Source: an uncultured Clostridia bacterium
Lineage (GTDB): Bacteria > Bacillota > Clostridia > Christensenellales > UBA1242
DNA length: 64,000 nt
Assembly: GCA_934793215.1 (NCBI GenBank)
Contig: CAKVOP010000002.1
Span: 193,859 to 257,858, forward strand
Reading direction: 5' to 3'
Each line of letters starts with the position of its first letter. The first letter of the stretch is position 1. The position numbers and the translations under genes were made by a program. Below, piece after piece: positions 57,790 to 64,000 of this stretch. The notes under the pieces were generated by a model that searched no databases, was not told the DNA's origin, and saw only the letters and a list, made by a program, of their open reading frames with translations.

Positions 57790-57818
57790 ATAATAGCAAA
57801 ATTTACGAGTTAAGTCAA
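57790..57818 (-). promoter_or_regulatory. Candidate leuS promoter (short leader, no T-box)
   Basis: Minus strand reads TTGACT (57818-57813), a 17-nt spacer, then TATTAT (57795-57790). Only about 25 nt, including the RBS AGGAG, lie before the ATG at 57758. Confidence 0.45.
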
Positions 57819-57898
57819 TTCTTGCGGGGCTCAATTTGAAAAATACCCCAAATTGTTGACAGAATTTTGGGTTTTTGCGAAAAAATGTTAAAAAATCA

Positions 57899-57927
57899 TT
57901 GACAAAGGCTTAATTATTGTGTATAAT
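57899..57927 (+). promoter_or_regulatory. Consensus sigma-A promoter of rplJL
   Basis: TTGACA (57899-57904), a 17-nt spacer, then TATAAT (57922-57927). Confidence 0.6.
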
Positions 57928-57934
57928 AGCCTCG

Positions 57935-58101
57935 TTAAAATTAAATCTATCCATAGACAGCAAGTGGCTATCCATAAACACTACGGTGTGCTTGCCGAGG
58001 AAAGAAGTATATATAGATGTTTCGTCTCTACGCTTTTTTCCTAGGCGTAGAGATTTATTTTTAATAACGCAATATTCTATTAAAAAGGAGGAAAAGATTT
58101 C
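57935..58101 (+). promoter_or_regulatory. Ribosomal protein L10 (rplJ) leader with a terminator/attenuator hairpin
   Basis: Leader of about 165 nt between the promoter and the rplJ RBS. It contains the hairpin TCTCTACGC (58025-58033) / GCGTAGAGA (58045-58053) followed by TTTATTTTT, the expected layout of the Firmicute L10-L12 autoregulatory leader. Confidence 0.55.
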
Positions 58102-58623
58102 ATGAGTGCAAATTTAGAAGCAAAAAAACAAATCGTTGAAGAAATCAAAGAAAAGCTTTCAAGAGCTAAATCTGTTACTTTCGTTGATTACAACGCTTTG
58201 ACCGTTGCAGAAGATACACAAATGCGTCGTGAATTTAAGAATAATGGCGCTGAATACAAAGTGTACAAAAACAAATTAATGCTCCTCGCACTCAACGAAC
58301 TTGGAATCAAGGGTGCCGAAGAATATCTTCATGGCACTAGTGCGGTTGCTTTCAGTTATGACGATGAAGTAAGCGGTGCAAAAATCGCTTGCCAGACTGC
58401 TGAAAAAACAAAGAAATTAACCGTAAAATTTGGTTTACTTAATGGTAATTTCGTTGAAGGCAAGGAAATTGAAGCTTTGGCAAAACTTCCAAGCAAAGAA
58501 GTTCTCATTGCCAAATTACTTGGGACTCTCAATGGTCCTATTTCAGCACTTGCAAGAGTGCTTAATGCCCCTATCAGTGGGCTCGCAAGAGCATTAAATG
58601 CTGTTGCTACAAAAAATGCGTAA
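58102..58623 (+). CDS. rplJ: 50S ribosomal protein L10
   Basis: 173 aa. AKKQIVEEIKEKLSRAKSVTFVDYNALTVAEDTQMRREF.. RBS AAAGGAGG. Confidence 0.95.
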   Translation: MSANLEAKKQIVEEIKEKLSRAKSVTFVDYNALTVAEDTQMRREFKNNGAEYKVYKNKLMLLALNELGIKGAEEYLHGTSAVAFSYDDEVSGAKIACQTAEKTKKLTVKFGLLNGNFVEGKEIEALAKLPSKEVLIAKLLGTLNGPISALARVLNAPISGLARALNAVATKNA

Positions 58624-58655
58624 TCACGCAATAAAATTTTAGGAGGAAAATTAAA

Positions 58656-59030
58656 ATGGCTGATGTTAAACAATTAGTTGAAGAAATCAAATCTATGAGT
58701 GTTCTTGAAGTTAGCGAACTTGTTAAAGAACTCGAAGAAACATTTGGAGTTTCTGCTGCTGCTCCTGTTGCAGTTGCTGCTCCTGTTGCTGGTGCTGCTG
58801 CTCCAGCTGCTGAAGAAAAAAGCGAATTCACAGTTGAACTTGTTGAAGCAGGTGCAAACAAAATCGCTGTTATCAAAGTTGTAAGAGAAATCACTGGTCT
58901 TGGACTTGGCGAAGCTAAAGCTCTCGTTGACGGAGCTCCAAAGGCAGTTAAAGAAAACGTTCCAACTGAAGAAGCTAAAGCTATCGAAGCTAAACTTAAA
59001 GAAGCTGGCGCAACTGTTAAACTTAAATAA
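58656..59030 (+). CDS. rplL: 50S ribosomal protein L7/L12
   Basis: 124 aa. The N-terminal dimerisation helix is followed by an Ala/Pro/Val hinge and [28 protein letters not shown]. Confidence 0.96.
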   Translation: MADVKQLVEEIKSMSVLEVSELVKELEETFGVSAAAPVAVAAPVAGAAAPAAEEKSEFTVELVEAGANKIAVIKVVREITGLGLGEAKALVDGAPKAVKENVPTEEAKAIEAKLKEAGATVKLK

Positions 59031-59056
59031 ATCAAATAAAATTAAGAATATTGCGT

Positions 59057-59088
59057 AAAAAAACATCAACAATCGTTGATGTTTTTTT
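59057..59088. terminator. Bidirectional intrinsic terminator after rplL
   Basis: ACATCAAC (59063-59070) pairs with GTTGATGT (59075-59082) between A and T runs. Confidence 0.8.
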
Positions 59089-59277
59089 GTTTATATCGTT
59101 TTACACCAAAATGTACTTTTAATTTTTATTCAAATTAAAACCAAATCATCATAAATTAAAAAAGATTAAATTGGCACAATAAAACTATGAAAACAATTTA
59201 ACCTTTCTAAATCTAATTGATAAGCCATTTAAAGTGTTACTTTTGGAAGATTAAGTTTAGCTAGCATAGCATTAACT

Positions 59278-59286
59278 CCCCCCCCC
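59278..59286. repeat. C9 homopolymer tract (G9 on the minus strand)
   Basis: ATTAACTCCCCCCCCCTTTG. This is the only long G/C homopolymer I noticed in this AT-rich window. It ends 9 nt upstream of an extended -10 element TGGTATAAT (59296-59304). Confidence 0.9.
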
Positions 59287-59354
59287 TTTGCAAAATGGTA
59301 TAATTTAATGTCAATTAATTGGGTAAAGTTCGAACAATTATGTCTAGATATGTC

Positions 59355-60725
59355 TCAAATCAAACTTTCAAGTTCTACACCATCTTTAAATCCACATGGT
59401 GACGAGCATCTATACCCGCTTTTACATCTTGCACCCTTGCAAATATTTTCAAGTTCGGCAACATATTTTTTGTATATTATAACTTGCTGGTCAAACATTC
59501 CTTTTTCTTTTAAAAAATCTTCGACATTGCTTATAAGAAGAGATTCCTGTTTTTCAGTAAAATAAGCATTCCCTTTTGAAATCAAATCACTTAATTTAGT
59601 ATGTAAATTGTATAAATATGTTTTTGCTTGTTTAAATACAAGGTCACGAATTTCCTTTTGAGCACAAGCACAAAGTCTTTCTTTCGCTTCTAAAATGAAG
59701 TTCTCAAGGGTACCGCTTTCAACAACATCAACAATCGTGCCCTGTGGAAGAGAATATGCAACCGAAGAAATATCACTCAAATACTCATCTTTCAAACTTT
59801 CATTTCCAGCAATAATAGGCGGAACATAAAACTCTTTATTTTTTGAAAATTCTCCTTGGAATGTCAATGTTGAAATGTGATGATCAAGCGTTCTATGTCG
59901 TTGTGATTGGGCAAGGCATGCGAAACTCATTTTATAACAACCCTGAAAAGTGTTTGAATAAATTTCTTCAAAAATAGGTGCTCCAAAAAGTTTAAAATTC
60001 CTCCCTTTGTGATCTTCCAAACGATCAGCAAAAAGATTATTGTTTTTACAAAACTCAACAAACTCTTTCATTTCTTTTTGGATTGCATCATAAAAGGCAT
60101 TGTCGGGATGAGCAATTTGGTATTCCATCCAATGTGCTATATAATTAAGTTGTCTAAAAGATACAGTATAAACCATATTTGTTGGTGTAAACACTGAAAT
60201 CATATAGCGTGCGTTTTCTTGGGCTAGCTTTTGTGCTTTCTTTCCCCCTTCATCAAAAAATGGATTAGAACCATTGGGATATCGTTTTTCAATTTCGGCC
60301 TTAAAAATTTGTGTCCATTTGTCATAAAGAGCCTTTTGATCTGGCTGAACATCTTTCATAATTGTATAACGTGCCGACTTTTCGCTTGTGTTGTAGTCTT
60401 GTTCGTTATTTAGAACCATTGCCAAAGCCTTTGGAATTCCCGAAATTTCTAGTGTAACAAAAGAGTGTCCAAACGTTGAATGGTGAAAATTGCTTTCAAC
60501 AATTTCTGCAATTCTTAATATTTGTTCTACTGTTTTGCTGTTCAGTTTTTCAAATGAATCGGGCATATAGCAAGTGGCTCCCATAAGCCCAGCGACAATG
60601 CGATTCATATTTAAATCATATGGTTTATATGCTTCACAAATTCTGCTTTCGCGTTCTTCACTGCACACAATTTCTTTTCCGTGAGGCGTGTCAAGAACCG
60701 AGTGCATCTTAATCTTAATATCCAT
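59355..60725 (-). CDS. Divergent ThyX-like (FAD-dependent thymidylate synthase family) protein, apparently a duplicated fold, with a Cys-rich C-terminus
   Basis: 456 aa. The first half, HHSTFGHSFVTLEISGIPKALAMVLNNEQDYNTSEKSARY, aligns by eye to ThyX H..FEH..FTF....P.....Q..RHR..S....S.RY, but with RHR replaced by NNE. The second half has AQSQRHRTLDHH. The C-terminal cluster is CKGARCKSGYRCSSPCG. RBS AAGGGAGGGG. Confidence 0.45.
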   Translation of the reverse strand: MDIKIKMHSVLDTPHGKEIVCSEERESRICEAYKPYDLNMNRIVAGLMGATCYMPDSFEKLNSKTVEQILRIAEIVESNFHHSTFGHSFVTLEISGIPKALAMVLNNEQDYNTSEKSARYTIMKDVQPDQKALYDKWTQIFKAEIEKRYPNGSNPFFDEGGKKAQKLAQENARYMISVFTPTNMVYTVSFRQLNYIAHWMEYQIAHPDNAFYDAIQKEMKEFVEFCKNNNLFADRLEDHKGRNFKLFGAPIFEEIYSNTFQGCYKMSFACLAQSQRHRTLDHHISTLTFQGEFSKNKEFYVPPIIAGNESLKDEYLSDISSVAYSLPQGTIVDVVESGTLENFILEAKERLCACAQKEIRDLVFKQAKTYLYNLHTKLSDLISKGNAYFTEKQESLLISNVEDFLKEKGMFDQQVIIYKKYVAELENICKGARCKSGYRCSSPCGFKDGVELESLI

Positions 60726-60914
60726 TTCCCCTCCCTTATCTTACACCATCTTACCACACTTTACCAGTTTGAATCAACAAAAATCGACAATATCTTTTTA
60801 ATCATACAATTTAAAAATAGTATCTTAAAAAGTAAAATCAAAATTTAAAATATCCTTAAAAAACTTCTTTAATAGAAAAAATTTGGCAAAAACCAGTTGT
60901 TTTTATCCTTTAAA

Positions 60915-60958
60915 CAAAAAAATGATTATCAAAAGGAAATGCTTGATAATCATTTTTT
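60915..60958. terminator. Bidirectional intrinsic terminator after cysS
   Basis: AATGATTATCAA (60921-60932) pairs with TTGATAATCATT (60943-60954) between A and T runs. Confidence 0.75.
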
Positions 60959-60978
60959 ATATTACACTAAATCAAAAT

Positions 60979-62373
60979 CTACATTTTAGCTATTTCATAT
61001 CCGTCCTTGGTGTCTTTTACAACATAACCAAGTGCCGAAATCTTCGCTCTAACTTCATCGGCAAGAGCAAAATTCTTATTTTGTTTTGCTTGCCAACGCT
61101 CTTTTGCAAGTGTTTCCACCTCGGTAGGTATAGTGGCCAAATTTTTATTTTCAATAAATTTTAAGACTTTATCTGCATCATTTACAAATAAACCCAAAAT
61201 TTTATATGCTTTCTTGACGCCATTGTAATCAGCAACAACTGAATTGTCGTTCTCTTGCACCTTTCTTGCCATATCCTTGAATATTTCAAAAAGATATGAT
61301 AGTGCTTTTGGTGTGTTAAAATCATCATTTAAAGCATTCAGGACTTTTGCGTCGAATTCATCATTGACTGCTTCTCCAATATCAAAATTAGTTTCAATTT
61401 GTTTTAAAATATTGTAGAAATTAAAAATATGTTTTTCAGCAAGGGCAAAAACTTCATCAGTAAGATTCAAATCACTTCTATAACTATTTGAGAAAAGTGC
61501 AAACTTTACCACTTCTGGATGATACTTTTTTCTCAAATCTTCAAGTATTATAGAATTGCCAAGACTCTTGCTCATTTTTTGTCCGTTGACTTTTATAAGA
61601 CCATTATGAATCCAATAACTTGCAAATCTCTTACCAGTCACTGCCTCTGTTTGTGCAATTTCATTTTCGTGGTGCGGAAATATAAGGTCTCTACCGCCAC
61701 CATGAATATCTATTTGGTCACCAAATGCGACTCTATTCATCGTAGAGCACTCTATATGCCAACCCGGTCTACCCTTTCCCCAAGGTGATTGCCAATAAGG
61801 TTCTCCCTCTTTTGCACTCTTCCAAAGGGCAAAATCGAGTGGAGAATTTTTATCCTCATCATTATCTATTCTATATCCGTCTTTTTGCTGGTCAAGACTT
61901 CTATTTGAAAGGCAACCATAGTTTTTGAATTTTTCTACGCTATAATAAACATCTCCTTTTTTTGTAGGATACGCATAACCTTTTTCAACAAGAATAGACA
62001 CAAAATCTATGATATTTTGAACATTATCAGTTGCTTTAAGCCACATTGTAGGCTCATCAACTTGAAAATACTTCATTTCTTCATCAATTTTTTTAATCAT
62101 GTCGTCTGCATAAACCTTGCTATCAATTCCTAGTCTATTTGCTGATGCAATAATTTTATCGTCAATATCAGTATAATTTCGGGCATATCTCACCTGATAT
62201 CCATTTTTTTCTAATACTTTTCTTATTAAATCATAAACCATCGCTTGAAAAAGATGCCCAATGTGAGCATTGCCTGAAACTGTTATACCGCAAGCATACA
62301 TTTTAACTTTTCCCTCTTCAAGAGGAATAAACTTCTCCTTTTTTCTTGTTAATGTGTTGTATATTTTTAACAT
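60979..62373 (-). CDS. cysS: Cysteine--tRNA ligase
   Basis: 464 aa with the HIGH motif (NAHIGHL), the KMSKS motif (GQKMSKSLGN) and GRPGWHIECS. Confidence 0.96.
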   Translation of the reverse strand: MLKIYNTLTRKKEKFIPLEEGKVKMYACGITVSGNAHIGHLFQAMVYDLIRKVLEKNGYQVRYARNYTDIDDKIIASANRLGIDSKVYADDMIKKIDEEMKYFQVDEPTMWLKATDNVQNIIDFVSILVEKGYAYPTKKGDVYYSVEKFKNYGCLSNRSLDQQKDGYRIDNDEDKNSPLDFALWKSAKEGEPYWQSPWGKGRPGWHIECSTMNRVAFGDQIDIHGGGRDLIFPHHENEIAQTEAVTGKRFASYWIHNGLIKVNGQKMSKSLGNSIILEDLRKKYHPEVVKFALFSNSYRSDLNLTDEVFALAEKHIFNFYNILKQIETNFDIGEAVNDEFDAKVLNALNDDFNTPKALSYLFEIFKDMARKVQENDNSVVADYNGVKKAYKILGLFVNDADKVLKFIENKNLATIPTEVETLAKERWQAKQNKNFALADEVRAKISALGYVVKDTKDGYEIAKM

Positions 62374-62493
62374 TATTACCTCTCTATTTTATATGCGTTA
62401 TTACATTAAATTTGTTTTTTATTTTTATAAACAAAATTGCTCTACTAAACAATATTAGCCACTTGGCAAATATTTAAACTTTGCGTAGTGGCT

Positions 62494-62919
62494 TTAAATG
62501 ACTCTATTCAAATATTTACATATAACTTCGAGTGCACTGTCTACTTCCATTGTAGTTGCACCTAGTCCAGTTTCTACCTCATTAAGATAATGATTGAGTT
62601 CTTCTCGTCCTTTTGGAGTAAGTTCAATCTGGTGACATCTTCTATCCATATTTGATTGAGTCACCTTTATGCACCCCTCTTTTTCTAGTCCCGAAGTCAT
62701 AAGTGCGAAGTTAGTCTTTTTAATGCCAAGTTTCTCAATAATCATACTAACAGACAAATTTTCATAGATTGAACAGAAAAGCAGAATCTTCATACGCAAA
62801 ACGCCACCGCTTCGACGGCTTTTCATCAAATTTTCAATAAGTGCTTCAACTTCGATAAATTTTTCTGCTCTTTTCATCTCTGGTTTTTGATTTATCCTTT
62901 TTTCTACCTTATACTTCAT
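62494..62919 (-). CDS. MarR-family transcriptional regulator
   Basis: 141 aa with a winged-helix pattern: LSVSMIIEKLGIKKTNFALMTSGLEKEGCIKVTQSNMDRRCHQIELTPKGRE. Confidence 0.8.
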   Translation of the reverse strand: MKYKVEKRINQKPEMKRAEKFIEVEALIENLMKSRRSGGVLRMKILLFCSIYENLSVSMIIEKLGIKKTNFALMTSGLEKEGCIKVTQSNMDRRCHQIELTPKGREELNHYLNEVETGLGATTMEVDSALEVICKYLNRVI

Positions 62920-62992
62920 AGTATATCCAAAAATATTTAGAAAAGCAAGTTATTTTGTTGATTTTCACGATAATTATTATTAAAATATAAAT

Positions 62993-64000
62993 ATGCAAAT
63001 AGACGGACCTATTGAAGAAATAATTTTTAGAAATGATGAAAATGGTTACACAGTTTTTGGGCTTGACTTTAAAGGTACAGGCGTTATCTGTGTTGGAAAA
63101 CTAATCAACGCTAATGTCGGCGAAAACCTTTCTCTTGAAGGCGAATTTGTCAACAATGCAAAGTATGGCTACCAATTTGCGTTTACTTCTTACGAAGTGG
63201 TTTTGCCTACTTCTCTCGCAGGAATTGAGAGATACCTTGCCTCTGGGCTAATCAAAGGCGTAGGGCCAATAACCGCAAAAAACATTGTTAAGCACTTTAA
63301 AGAAGACACATTTACAATAATTGAAATGAGTCCTGCATCACTGGCAGAAGTTAAAAATATTAGCATGAAAAAGGCTCTTGAAATTGGTGAAAAGTTTAAA
63401 GAACTAAAAAAACTTCAAAACACAGTTATGTTTCTCCAGAAATATAATATCACAACCAATATGGCTCTTAAAATATATGATATTTATGGGGCAAAAACTG
63501 TTGATATTGTAAAAACTAACCCTTACCGTCTTGTTGAAGATGTCGAAGGCATTGGGTTTATGACCGCAGATAAAATTGCAAAAAATATAGGAATACCGCA
63601 AAACAGTCAATTTAGGGTTCGTGCAGGAATTTTGTACACGCTTACAAATTCAGTTGAAAAAGCAGGTAATACTTATTTGCCAAAAAACTTTTTACTATCT
63701 CAATCTTCAAAGCTTCTTGAAATTGACCTTGATGCAAATAATGAACTTTATGAAAGTTCGCTTGAAAGTTTGACTCTTGATAAAACTGTTCTTTTAATGT
63801 GGCAAAACGGCAGTGAAATTGCGGTACTGGCAAAATATTATTACTATGAAAATGTGGTTGCACAAAAATTGTCACTTTTAAACATAAGTCAAGTGGCCGA
63901 AAAACTTAATCTTGACGATGAAATTAAGCACTTTGAAGAAAAAAACAACATTTGTTTTCATGAAGAGCAAAAAAATGCGATTATAAATTCAATAAATAGT
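62993..64000 (+). CDS. recD2: RecD2-type SF1B ATP-dependent DNA helicase (N-terminal 336 codons; continues past the right window edge)
   Basis: Absent from the ORF track because it is open-ended. From ATG 62993 it reads MQIDGPIEEIIFRNDENGYTVFGLDFKG...IERYLASGLIKGVGPITAKNIVKHF...VEDVEGIGFMTADKIA, the typical RecD2/YrrC N-terminus with HhH modules. Confidence 0.85.
   Translation, partial: MQIDGPIEEIIFRNDENGYTVFGLDFKGTGVICVGKLINANVGENLSLEGEFVNNAKYGYQFAFTSYEVVLPTSLAGIERYLASGLIKGVGPITAKNIVKHFKEDTFTIIEMSPASLAEVKNISMKKALEIGEKFKELKKLQNTVMFLQKYNITTNMALKIYDIYGAKTVDIVKTNPYRLVEDVEGIGFMTADKIAKNIGIPQNSQFRVRAGILYTLTNSVEKAGNTYLPKNFLLSQSSKLLEIDLDANNELYESSLESLTLDKTVLLMWQNGSEIAVLAKYYYYENVVAQKLSLLNISQVAEKLNLDDEIKHFEEKNNICFHEEQKNAIINSINS

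Noticed and set aside
57846-57876. Hairpin CCCCAAATT / AATTTTGGG with flanking A and T runs, between the divergent leuS and rplJ promoters.
   Set aside because: The stem is short, AT-rich and has a bulge, and no upstream gene on either strand needs termination here. It is probably fortuitous or a minor insulator, and not strong enough to call.
58356-59072. Alternative-frame and antisense ORFs across rplJ/rplL (105, 142, 132 and 61 aa).
   Set aside because: They overlap two unambiguous ribosomal protein genes and arise from the Ala/Glu/Lys-rich repetitive codons.
59308-59565. 85-aa plus-strand ORF starting just after the extended -10 promoter.
   Set aside because: Most of it is antisense to the ThyX-like coding sequence, and it has no RBS or recognisable protein features. 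Any transcript here is more likely a non-coding antisense RNA.
1-64000. Alternative genetic code (TGA as Trp or Gly, as in Mollicutes or some candidate phyla), considered because of the low GC content.
   Set aside because: All conserved genes translate full-length under the standard code, Trp is encoded by TGG at conserved positions, and TGA is seen acting as a stop (e.g. upstream of mfd).

Overview
AT-rich chromosomal segment from an endospore-forming Firmicute (Clostridia-like). The taxonomic call rests on spoIIID, a SpoIIQ-like M23 peptidase, spoVB, a gerAA-gerAB-gerAC germinant-receptor operon and a DUF4363/DUF421 pair. Housekeeping genes present are rpoC (partial, open at the left edge), rpoB, hflX, acpP, mfd, pth, cca, ftsH, leuS, rplJ-rplL with an L10-type leader, cysS and recD2 (partial, open at the right edge). 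I saw no rRNA, tRNA, CRISPR array, transposase, integrase or phage genes, and the standard genetic code fits. The main oddity lies directly upstream of rpoB, where rplKAJL normally sits. There an 11-kb gene encodes a 3664-aa lipoprotein with Big_2 domains and three blocks of GLUG-type repeats. Immediately before it, on the same strand, is an orphan VirB4-type ATPase fused to a two-helix VirB3/PrgI-like N-terminus. No other type IV secretion or mobile-element gene occurs anywhere in the 64 kb. Secondary observations: rplJL lies about 51 kb from rpoBC; mfd has no canonical start codon for its conserved N-terminus; a truncated GlmU-like protein lacks both catalytic ends; a P-type ATPase and recD2 look leaderless; a ThyX-like protein appears to be an internal duplication; a C9 homopolymer sits next to an extended -10 promoter; there is a glutamate-rich membrane protein; and several perfect short tandem duplications occur. 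All functional calls come from reading motifs in the supplied translations, with no database search, so family assignments need HMM confirmation.
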